IMG/VR virus record: IMGVR_UViG_3300027754_000044 | DNA: 64,000 nt | From: a virus | Strand: one strand, 5' to 3' | Position numbers and translations under genes: made by a program | In this document: positions 1 through 7,112 of the stretch, in pieces | Numbering within the stretch: position 1 is the stretch's first letter | Layout of the letters: the number at the start of each line of letters is the position of its first letter | The notes under the pieces: generated by a model | The model's input: only the letters and a program-made list of their open reading frames with translations | Told to the model about the DNA's origin: nothing | Database searches by the model: none

Positions 1-136
1 CTTCAATTCTATTGGCCGCTTCTTCTAACAAATCTGCAATTCTATCTGGTGCATTTTCTTGCACAGACTTTCTTGTAGAAATCTGCCTACGAATTTCGGC
101 TCGTTTTCGTAACCGATAAATTAAATCTTCATCCAT
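1..136 (-). CDS. Phage hypothetical protein (runs off the window edge)
   Basis: Manual translation MDEDLIYRLRKRAEIRRQISTRKSVQENAPDRIADLLEEAANRIE..., preceded by a GGAG SD. Confidence 0.7.
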   Translation of the reverse strand, partial: MDEDLIYRLRKRAEIRRQISTRKSVQENAPDRIADLLEEAANRIE

Positions 137-168
137 AAAAACTCCATATCATCCATAAAAACTCCATA
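129..168. repeat. Perfect 20-bp tandem duplication TCATCCATAAAAACTCCATA covering an RBS and start codon
   Basis: Two adjacent identical copies at 129-148 and 149-168. Confidence 0.9.
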
Positions 169-170
169 TT

Positions 171-266
171 TGGTACTCCCCGAAGGTTTCGAACCTTCCC
201 GTTCCAGCCTATCTGACCAGTCTCCACGCTTTATAAGGGCATGCCGCACGCCGAGTGCTGGGGAGC
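171..266 (-). tRNA. Atypical tRNA-like RNA (Ile-UAU-like loop, very long variable region)
   Basis: GCTCCCC/GGGGAGT acceptor + ACCA; T arm GAAGG-TTCGAAA-CCTTC; loop CTTATAA; reduced D arm. Confidence 0.65.
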
Positions 267-280
267 AAAACTTTTAATTT

Positions 281-375
281 TGGCGGAGAATATTGGATTC
301 GAACCAATGGACCGAACTCATCGCCCGGTCGGCGGTTTAGCAAACCGCAGCCTTCGACCACTCAGCCAATTCTCC
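281..375 (-). tRNA. tRNA-Ser(GCT)
   Basis: GGAGAAT acceptor, GCGGT-TTGCTAA-ACCGC anticodon arm, long variable arm, TTCGAAT T loop, GCCA end. Confidence 0.95.
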
Positions 376-384
376 TGTAATTCT

Positions 385-460
385 TGGCGACTCGTAGGGG
401 TTTCGATCCCCTTACCTCATGCGTGACAGGCATGTGCTCTCCCGATTGAGCTAACGAGCC
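385..460 (-). tRNA. tRNA-Asp(GTC)
   Basis: CATGC-CTGTCAC-GCATG anticodon arm, GCCA end; T loop is ATCGAAA. Confidence 0.93.
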
Positions 461-634
461 GAAAATTGTAGAGTCGCAGTTTCTAGGCCCGACCCAATGG
501 ATAGTCTCTACTATCGCCATAGTGAACATTTTTCGCAAACTGTATTGATTAATTTGCAGGTTCGTTAAACCTTCAGTGGGCACAAATATCCCATTTCGGG
601 AATCCCCAATCGGAGCATTCTTTGGCGCCAACTC

Positions 635-724
635 TGGCGGAAGCGGTGAGATTCGAACTCACGGACCCTTGCGGGCCGCTAGTTTTCAAGACTAGTGCCT
701 TAACCCAGGCTCAGCCACACTTCC
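635..724 (-). tRNA. tRNA-Ser(TGA)
   Basis: CTAGT-CTTGAAA-ACTAG anticodon arm, long variable arm, GCCA end. Confidence 0.95.
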
Positions 725-733
725 TTATCCTAA

Positions 734-812
734 CATATGGAAACACACTGCCTCTCTTTGTAGTCGGAGCCCATGGAAAGAATTCGCCCCATCGGCAATG
801 TGTTTTCATATG
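734..812 (-). ncRNA. Long-stem structured RNA, copy 1 (unknown family)
   Basis: CATATGAAAACACATTGCC ... GGCAGTGTGTTTCCATATG terminal inverted repeat; starts within the CCA of tRNA-Lys. Confidence 0.55.
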
Positions 813-887
813 GTGGGAGTGGTAGGAATCGAACCTAACTCTTAGCGGATTAAAAGTCCGTTGTGCAAGCCTTTACACCACACTCCC
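811..887 (-). tRNA. tRNA-Lys(TTT)
   Basis: GGGAGTG/CACTCCC acceptor, CGGA-CTTTTAA-TCCG anticodon arm, ACCA end. Confidence 0.9.
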
Positions 888-919
888 TATGTCTTGCGTG
901 TTTTGGATTTTCGCTTCAT
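887..919 (-). CDS. Putative 10-aa Lys/Arg-rich peptide MKRKSKTRKT
   Basis: SD AGAAAGGA just upstream of ATG; the TAG stop shares its G with position 1 of tRNA-Lys. Confidence 0.45.
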   Translation of the reverse strand: MKRKSKTRKT

Positions 920-950
920 ACAATTTCCTTTCTGTTAAATTAAAATTTTT

Positions 951-1026
951 TGGTAGGGGATACAGGGATCGAACCTGTGTATGACGGAATCAAAATCCGT
1001 TGCCTTACCATCTTGGCTAATCCCCA
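951..1026 (-). tRNA. tRNA-Gln(TTG)
   Basis: ACGGA-TTTTGAT-TCCGT anticodon arm, TTCGATC T loop, ACCA end. Confidence 0.93.
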
Positions 1027-1033
1027 ACAATTC

Positions 1034-1107
1034 TGGGGCGGCTAGAGAGAATCGAACTCTCGTCCTGAGCTTGGAAGGCTCTCATTCTACCATTGAACTA
1101 CAGCCGC
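1034..1107 (-). tRNA. tRNA-Gly(TCC)
   Basis: GCGGCTG acceptor, GAGC-CTTCCAA-GCTC anticodon arm, CCA end. Confidence 0.92.
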
Positions 1108-1118
1108 ATTACTAATTC

Positions 1119-1205
1119 TGGTGAAGCATACTGGAATCGAACCAGTGTAGGAAAGTCACTTTATGTGTCTGGGCTACCAACAGCGCCTCTACTCCCAATG
1201 CTTCA
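1119..1205 (-). ncRNA. tRNA-like RNA: intact acceptor and T arms, no canonical D or anticodon arm
   Basis: GAAGCAT/ATGCTTC-A-CCA; ACTGG-TTCGATT-CCAGT; central part does not form a cloverleaf. Confidence 0.6.
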
Positions 1206-1327
1206 TATTAGATCATACTCAATAATTCCTTAATGCTGGCACACTAAGTTTTCGCACCCTGCCAGGGGCACCGAATTCAGCTACGCCGAGAGCTTTGCCA
1301 AACCCGTCGAATATGATTTAATATGAA
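1202..1327 (-). ncRNA. Long-stem structured RNA, copy 2
   Basis: TTCATATTAAATCATATTCGA ... TTGAGTATGATCTAATATGAA terminal stem. Confidence 0.55.
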
Positions 1328-1440
1328 CCATATTGAAGCACACTCTGCAGGAATCGAACTCTGCCAACTCAGCACCTAGACGCCAAGCTATCAACCATTA
1401 TATCTGCGTGGCCTACGCATTTGAATGTGCTTCAATATGG
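1328..1440 (-). ncRNA. Long-stem structured RNA, copy 3 (contains a T-loop-like hairpin)
   Basis: CCATATTGAAGCACATTC ... GAGTGTGCTTCAATATGG stem; internal GCAGAG-TTCGATT-CCTGC. Confidence 0.6.
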
Positions 1441-1513
1441 CGTCCTGTAGGGGATTCGAACCCACTCTTGCCACCTTGAAAGGGTGGTGACCTCACCAGA
1501 AGTCAAACAGGAC
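1438..1513 (-). tRNA. tRNA-Glu(TTC)
   Basis: GTCCTGT/ACAGGAC acceptor, CCACC-CTTTCAA-GGTGG anticodon arm, GCCA end. Confidence 0.93.
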
Positions 1514-1574
1514 ACTATTTTTCCAAATTTTTAAAGATCGTTTTACTGCTTGTGCTACCATTTAATATACAACC

Positions 1575-1603
1575 ATTATATACCATGTTTCGCTAAATGG
1601 CAA
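1575..1603 (-). promoter_or_regulatory. Sigma70-type early promoter for the tRNA array
   Basis: TTGCCA-N17-TATAAT. Confidence 0.75.
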
Positions 1604-1632
1604 GGCTTATTTTGGTCATTTAAAAACATCAA

Positions 1633-1672
1633 TGAAAACAAGGGGTTAGCAACAACCGACCCCTTGTTTTCA
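1633..1672. terminator. Long hairpin downstream of the porin gene, probable terminator
   Basis: TGAAAACAAGGGGTT ... GACCCCTTGTTTTCA inverted repeat. Confidence 0.55.
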
Positions 1673-1688
1673 AATAAGTCGTCGTAAA

Positions 1689-2396
1689 TTAGAACGCTTT
1701 AGAAACAGACACAACTACAGAATTTTTGTAGAGCTTTTCTGCAGAAATGGTATTTGCCAGTTGTGTGGCAGCTGTCATACCACGATTCGTGTAGTAATGA
1801 GCACCAACATCAAGACCAGCTAGAGCATACGTTGCGCCAACCTTAATGTCTGTGTAATTACTCGCTGAGTGATTAGCAACACTTGTTCGTCCTATATGAG
1901 CATTACCAGTCAATTTTGGCATGATTGGCATATTCAGATCAGCTTGCATATACTTCGTTCCTTTGCTATTCGCAACGGCAAAGTAATCACCAAGCGACTG
2001 ACTATACTTCAAGCTAATAGGACCAGTGGCCACTCCAGCATAAACTTCATGCGTATTGCTGACACTGTTGAAAGCATTACCTGAACGTGAGTAGTAATAG
2101 TTGTAAGAACCAACATCTACTGTTACGCCTTTAGCAACTTCTTTCTTAAATCCAGCATACACATCATTTTCCATACCAATACTGTCTGTGTATAGAAGGC
2201 TGCTGACGCTGCTATTCCAGTTACCAGCATAAAATCCACTCTTATCTGTATAATCAATTCCACCTTGGAGAGCTTGTGAATTTTGCGTTTGACTAATCCC
2301 ACGGAAACGATAGTCAGAAGTTACACCAACATTACCAGTAATTTGAGCTTGTGCAACGCCAGTTACGAACAACAGTGCAAAAATAATTTTTTTCAT
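1689..2396 (-). CDS. TorF family (TIGR02001-like) putative outer-membrane porin
   Basis: Signal peptide MKKIIFALLFVTGVAQA; TGNVGVTSDYRFRGISQT signature; amphipathic beta strands; C-terminal Phe. Confidence 0.85.
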   Translation of the reverse strand: MKKIIFALLFVTGVAQAQITGNVGVTSDYRFRGISQTQNSQALQGGIDYTDKSGFYAGNWNSSVSSLLYTDSIGMENDVYAGFKKEVAKGVTVDVGSYNYYYSRSGNAFNSVSNTHEVYAGVATGPISLKYSQSLGDYFAVANSKGTKYMQADLNMPIMPKLTGNAHIGRTSVANHSASNYTDIKVGATYALAGLDVGAHYYTNRGMTAATQLANTISAEKLYKNSVVVSVSKAF

Positions 2397-2463
2397 ATTT
2401 TTCTCCGATACATTAAGTTTAATTAAAACCATCATGGTACTCTATATATAATAAATTCTCAGT

Positions 2464-3453
2464 TTATTTTGGTAATTTAATAAAGTCCTCCCCCTTCGTT
2501 GAGTCATAACAAGATTTCCACCAATTATTGTAGAAATTACACACTTCATCGTATTTGAAAAGACTATGACTTGCTAATTTTATAGTTTTTCCAAGATCCG
2601 TGTCTTTATCCACTTTATATGTAACGCAGTCGTATTCTGATCTTCCAAATGTTACAACTGGAACCTGATGCAGAAGAGATTCGAATCCGACACCAGAATT
2701 TACAGTCACTGTGCAGCGAGCAGTTTGAATCAATTGATGGATGGATACATCATCATACCAAAAGACATGAAGATACTTTTTGGCAATTTCTTTCAATGAT
2801 TGCATGCTGCCAGGATTGACTGGATGGCCCTTTACCACCAAATTCATTCCCACTTCTTGAGTGGCTATACAAGTTCTTTCTAATGCTTCTTCCACAGTGA
2901 CGTTGGAATGAAATCTGATTGTCTCATCGTGAGGAATCTGGCAAGGAAAAAATGCATAGTAATCTGGCAGATTTATTTTTTCTCGACTCTGATAAACAGG
3001 CTGATCAAATTTACTCTGATTATCGTTCATGCGATTCTGAAGCATGCGGAAGATCTTAACTCCTTCTAGTGTATCGGATCCATCATTCTTGAATGGATAT
3101 TTAGATGATCCAGCTCCCCATCCTTTACTATCGACAGAGAACATCCACGGGAATGCAGTCTGCATGTAGTAATACACTTCGCAATTTTCTATAGGAAAGC
3201 TATGCGCTTCTTTATGCGGAACAAATAAAATGTCCGGCTTCAGTTCATTCACGAGTTCTGGAGTAAATTGCCAGAGCGGTAATTCTAGAACTTTGAATGA
3301 AATATCAGATCTGCTGGAGTATTCAGCTATGACACGTTCTACAAAATTTCTCCAGTGCTTTCTGATTGGAGGAATTGATCCAGTTTCAAACGGAACTGGG
3401 CCCTTCTTAAACATAACATCAAGTCTGGGTGACAGCAATAAAACTTTTTTCAT
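2464..3453 (-). CDS. Capsule polysaccharide biosynthesis (KpsS/KpsC-like) glycosyltransferase
   Basis: PCQIPHD, LVVKGHP and TVNSGVGFESLL..VVTFG motifs. Confidence 0.7.
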   Translation of the reverse strand: MKKVLLLSPRLDVMFKKGPVPFETGSIPPIRKHWRNFVERVIAEYSSRSDISFKVLELPLWQFTPELVNELKPDILFVPHKEAHSFPIENCEVYYYMQTAFPWMFSVDSKGWGAGSSKYPFKNDGSDTLEGVKIFRMLQNRMNDNQSKFDQPVYQSREKINLPDYYAFFPCQIPHDETIRFHSNVTVEEALERTCIATQEVGMNLVVKGHPVNPGSMQSLKEIAKKYLHVFWYDDVSIHQLIQTARCTVTVNSGVGFESLLHQVPVVTFGRSEYDCVTYKVDKDTDLGKTIKLASHSLFKYDEVCNFYNNWWKSCYDSTKGEDFIKLPK

Positions 3454-4217
3454 AACCAATATTCCTCAGAGAGTTTAGGAAATATATCATAATATCGTTT
3501 TTTCATAGCAAGATACTTCGGATTGCTGTATTTCCTATCTCCCTTTCCAGTCCAGATCGTGGTTCCATGAAGAAATTCCCAGTCCATAAAATCTGTTCCG
3601 AATGCAGTACATGAGTATTTAGTCTTGAAATGCTGATAGGAAACGCTCAATGCAGTCTGATCTAAGAACCATCTCAATTTGTTGTCTAAAATTATCTGAG
3701 CAGTAGATTCCAAAAAGTCTTTTGCAGTTTCTTTAACAAAGACTGCGCCTGCAGCGACTCTGGATCCTTCTCTTTCCCAATCATTCACGCCCGGAAGAGG
3801 CTCTCGAAGAAATATTCCAAGATCTGTATCAAGAGGATCTATGTGTGACATTATCAAACAATCAATGTCTGTGATTAACATCGGCGCAGTAATTATCGAA
3901 GAAGCAACAATGAATCTATTACAAGCGTAATATGTTCGTTTTTCTTCCTGAGAGATCGTTGGCAGTTCTGTATCCTCTGAAGATATAGTCATTTCACCAG
4001 ATGGGAACATACGTTTATATCCCATCTTCAACGTCTGCATATATGTCCAGTCATTTACGCTCGCATTGATCACATGAAGATGAACATTCATGTCTGCTTT
4101 AGCGCAAGAAGAAATATATGCTTGAGCATGATCTCTTAGATACTTAGGATCACATGATGTGAACAAACAAAATTTTCTAGGACGCTCACCAATAACATTC
4201 CAATTTATATTCATCAT
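3450..4217 (-). CDS. Putative GT-A fold glycosyltransferase
   Basis: YYACNRF, LITDID (DxD), VAAG, WFLDQ motifs. Confidence 0.55.
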   Translation of the reverse strand: MMNINWNVIGERPRKFCLFTSCDPKYLRDHAQAYISSCAKADMNVHLHVINASVNDWTYMQTLKMGYKRMFPSGEMTISSEDTELPTISQEEKRTYYACNRFIVASSIITAPMLITDIDCLIMSHIDPLDTDLGIFLREPLPGVNDWEREGSRVAAGAVFVKETAKDFLESTAQIILDNKLRWFLDQTALSVSYQHFKTKYSCTAFGTDFMDWEFLHGTTIWTGKGDRKYSNPKYLAMKKRYYDIFPKLSEEYWL

Positions 4218-4933
4218 CTGCCTATAAAATCATATATCACATCATTATTAACGACGTTTGGTTTGTGTCCTTCTTCTAAGATCTTATCGCGATAATCAAA
4301 CCAAAATTGGACTAACTCCGGACGAGGATGATTAGCAGTTTCTCCAGTATACCATTTCGGCATCCATGGCTGAGTGCTCATTCTAGAATAATGAAGTTGC
4401 CACATATCTTCTATTTTGAGATTATCTCCGTCTAGACAGTTCCATCTTGGATCAAGTTCCTTTACAACTTCACTTCCACTGAATGCGTGAATATATCTTG
4501 AATGAGATTCTGGGATGACTTTCATTCTTTCTATCGGAGCGACTTCTCCCTTCATGGCAGCACAGTCAATAACCATAACACAAAATTCATGTCCACCAAA
4601 TCTTGGACCAAGACGAGCGCCAACCCAGTTATCCTCAAGATCTGTATTCCATAGCTCATTGAGATCTCTGAAATTAATCATATCCACATCGGTGTAAATT
4701 GCACGACCCTCAAAATTACAAACTTCTGGTATTGCCCAACGATAGCCACTGAATGGAGTTGGCCAGCATGAAGTATTCCATCCGCCCCATACACTAGACG
4801 TATCATTCGTTTGACGCATCCATGTAATATCTATAGGAACTGAACAGTTTTTCTTTAAAGAATATTCATATACCATTTCTGCATCTGTGTCCTCACCATT
4901 AGCAGATGTCCCGATGAACAGTCTAATTGTCAT
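4214..4933 (-). CDS. Putative glycosyltransferase (GT8-like)
   Basis: TPFSGYRWAIP, AIYTDVDM (DxD), LDPRWNCLD, LHYS..TQPW. Confidence 0.7.
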   Translation of the reverse strand: MTIRLFIGTSANGEDTDAEMVYEYSLKKNCSVPIDITWMRQTNDTSSVWGGWNTSCWPTPFSGYRWAIPEVCNFEGRAIYTDVDMINFRDLNELWNTDLEDNWVGARLGPRFGGHEFCVMVIDCAAMKGEVAPIERMKVIPESHSRYIHAFSGSEVVKELDPRWNCLDGDNLKIEDMWQLHYSRMSTQPWMPKWYTGETANHPRPELVQFWFDYRDKILEEGHKPNVVNNDVIYDFIGR

Positions 4934-5519
4934 AATGAAATCTCCGATAGAACATTCCATTCATTTGCAAGAATGGTTTTTTCATAGATGATGTGTCTTT
5001 AATTTTAGATGTCATATCTGCATCGTAATAGAATCCACTAGCATTAAATGCACCTTCCCAATAATCTAGATTCCTACAGTTTACGTGATGATGTCCTGCG
5101 TAACCAGGAGGAGCAGCAGTAACCATCAAGAATTTGCATCGCTGAAAAGCATGCATGATTGCTGGAACATGTTTGGATTCTACGTGTTCTAGAAATTCTA
5201 CAGACCAGCCGAGATCAAATTCAATATCGTCGTTTTCCCAATTCAGAAACGGACCTGTCGTGAAGTCGTGGATATGAACATTTCGTCTGCGGGAAAGTGT
5301 ATAGTCTCCGTCTAAACCAACAGAATGTATTCCACGATCGCGAGCTAGATCTAACATTCCACCAGGCCCACATCCAATATCTAGCATTGTTGCGATGTCA
5401 AAATTTTCAATTAGAAAATCTAGAGCGCCTTCGTCTACATGGGTTTTATTTAGATGACCTCCAAGATGTTCTGGAAGTCCGTCATCCGATGGTGCAGAAT
5501 CAATTATATTAATTTTCAT
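4923..5519 (-). CDS. Class I SAM-dependent methyltransferase
   Basis: MLDIGCGPG motif I; FDLGWSVEFLEHV. Confidence 0.8.
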   Translation of the reverse strand: MKINIIDSAPSDDGLPEHLGGHLNKTHVDEGALDFLIENFDIATMLDIGCGPGGMLDLARDRGIHSVGLDGDYTLSRRRNVHIHDFTTGPFLNWENDDIEFDLGWSVEFLEHVESKHVPAIMHAFQRCKFLMVTAAPPGYAGHHHVNCRNLDYWEGAFNASGFYYDADMTSKIKDTSSMKKPFLQMNGMFYRRFHYDN

Positions 5520-5530
5520 TATAACTCCAT

Positions 5531-5538
5531 TATAAATA
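5531..5538 (+). promoter_or_regulatory. T4-type late promoter (plus strand)
   Basis: TATAAATA about 27 nt upstream of the ATG at 5565. Confidence 0.55.
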
Positions 5539-5564
5539 TCAAATTATCATACACTATTATATAT

Positions 5565-5927
5565 ATGAGAAAAAAGAAAGAAAAGAAATCCTTTAAGGTC
5601 TATGTGACGTATTGGCCTGATGGAAAATTCTATATTGGATTCTCTTCGAAAAGTGGAATACAATATGAGAAATATTTTGGATCGTCAAAACTGATCTTAG
5701 ACGAACTAAAAAGAAATCCTAAATCACACGGCTTTACAAAAGATACAATCGGTGAATTTGAAAAAAGATCCCACGCTAGAGCAACTGAACATATACTTCA
5801 ATGGAACAACCGACTTAATCCGCTGATGAAAAATGATATGTGGAATGTTCGATTGCGTCTGAGCTATTTGAAGGATCTTTCTATTCCTAACTGGGTCGCG
5901 CCCACACCGAAGACCAATCTCCCGTAA
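5565..5927 (+). CDS. GIY-YIG family nuclease-like protein
   Basis: VYVTYWPDGKFYIG (GIY-YIG variant), YFGSS, later Glu and Asn; the only credible plus-strand CDS. Confidence 0.6.
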   Translation: MRKKKEKKSFKVYVTYWPDGKFYIGFSSKSGIQYEKYFGSSKLILDELKRNPKSHGFTKDTIGEFEKRSHARATEHILQWNNRLNPLMKNDMWNVRLRLSYLKDLSIPNWVAPTPKTNLP

Positions 5928-6882
5928 GAGCTCCCTTGGCATAGTCTGTAGCGCGATTTTCAAAGAAATTCGTATGCGTCGGAGCATTGATCATTTCTTC
6001 TACCCAAGGTAGTGGATTTTTCTTTACCTTGTAAATCCCGCGCATACCCATAGAAATCAATCTACGATCTGCGATATATTTAATGTATTCCTTTACTTCA
6101 TCAGCGGTGAGTCCGATGATACCGCCCGTCGAAAATGAAAGATCAATAAATTTATTTTCTAGTTCTACCATCTTTTCAGCGATCGCATATATCTTGGACT
6201 TGAGTTCATCGTTCCAAATTTCTTTATTTTCTTCGATATATGTTCGGAACAACTTAATCATCGATTCGGCATGCATGGTTTCATCAACGATCGACCAAGT
6301 AATTATTTGACCCATACCTTTCATTTTGCCGTGGCGAGTAAAATTAAGAAGCATAATAAAAGAGCTAAAGAGTTGCATACCCTCAGTGAACGCCGAGAAC
6401 GCAGCAATATTAGTAGCGACGGACTCAATGGTTCCATTCTTTCCTGAGAGTTCGAGGAAGTATTCATGCTTTTCTCGCATTTCTTTATATTCGAGGAAGT
6501 CTGCATATGTAGAGTCAGGCATTCCTAATGTTTCGATTAGATGAGAATATGCAGCTACGTGTAATGCTTCCCTTGCTGCAAATCCAAGTAGCATCATACG
6601 AATTTCTGGCTGTTTGAAATATGGCAAATAGTTTTGAACATATCCACCAGCGACGTCTAGATCCCCTTGTGTGAAAAATCTAAAGATCTGAGTTAAGAAT
6701 TGTTTTTCTTCTTTGGTTAGATTTTTTTTCCAGTCTTTAACATCCTCTGCCATTGGAACTTCTGAATGCAACCAATGAGATTGCTCATGCTTAAGCCATA
6801 CATCATAGGCCCAACTGTATGAGAAGGGTTTGAAGTGATCTCGTGAATCTGTTAATTTAGTCTTTACTTTTCCTGCGCTCAT
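5887..6882 (-). CDS. nrdB: Ribonucleotide reductase class Ia beta subunit
   Basis: FFTQGD, EALH..AY, EGMQLFSSF, DETMH di-iron ligands; NFFENRATDY tail. Confidence 0.96.
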   Translation of the reverse strand: MSAGKVKTKLTDSRDHFKPFSYSWAYDVWLKHEQSHWLHSEVPMAEDVKDWKKNLTKEEKQFLTQIFRFFTQGDLDVAGGYVQNYLPYFKQPEIRMMLLGFAAREALHVAAYSHLIETLGMPDSTYADFLEYKEMREKHEYFLELSGKNGTIESVATNIAAFSAFTEGMQLFSSFIMLLNFTRHGKMKGMGQIITWSIVDETMHAESMIKLFRTYIEENKEIWNDELKSKIYAIAEKMVELENKFIDLSFSTGGIIGLTADEVKEYIKYIADRRLISMGMRGIYKVKKNPLPWVEEMINAPTHTNFFENRATDYAKGALTGDWSSVWARPS

Positions 6883-7111
6883 ACTTTGCTGCTCCCAATA
6901 TTGTTACATCGTTTTCTGTTTCAATCCAAACTCTTGCTCCGCAAGAGAGAGGACTGTCTTTGCTATACACAACTCGTGATGGCCCGTTGATAATAACTTC
7001 ATGACCATAAGTATTTTTTGATCCTTGCTTGACGGTTATTATCGGATCGTTAGCATCGTATTTTTTATTTGATCGTATCACATTCTGATTCACATGAATA
7101 TAGGTTTTCAT
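6857..7111 (-). CDS. Conserved phage hypothetical protein
   Basis: MKTYIHVNQ...PLSCGARVWIET ORF packed between its neighbours. Confidence 0.65.
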   Translation of the reverse strand: MKTYIHVNQNVIRSNKKYDANDPIITVKQGSKNTYGHEVIINGPSRVVYSKDSPLSCGARVWIETENDVTILGAAKYERRKSKD

Positions 7112-7112
7112 A

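Noticed and set aside
171-266. Ochre suppressor (UUA) reading of the CCTTATAAA loop, implying a recoded genome
   Set aside because: The canonical 7-nt register gives UAU, and core genes end normally at TAA/TAG/TGA with expected lengths
241-825. Track ORFs 241-426, 362-631 and 622-825
   Set aside because: They overlap well-formed tRNA genes and are shadow ORFs
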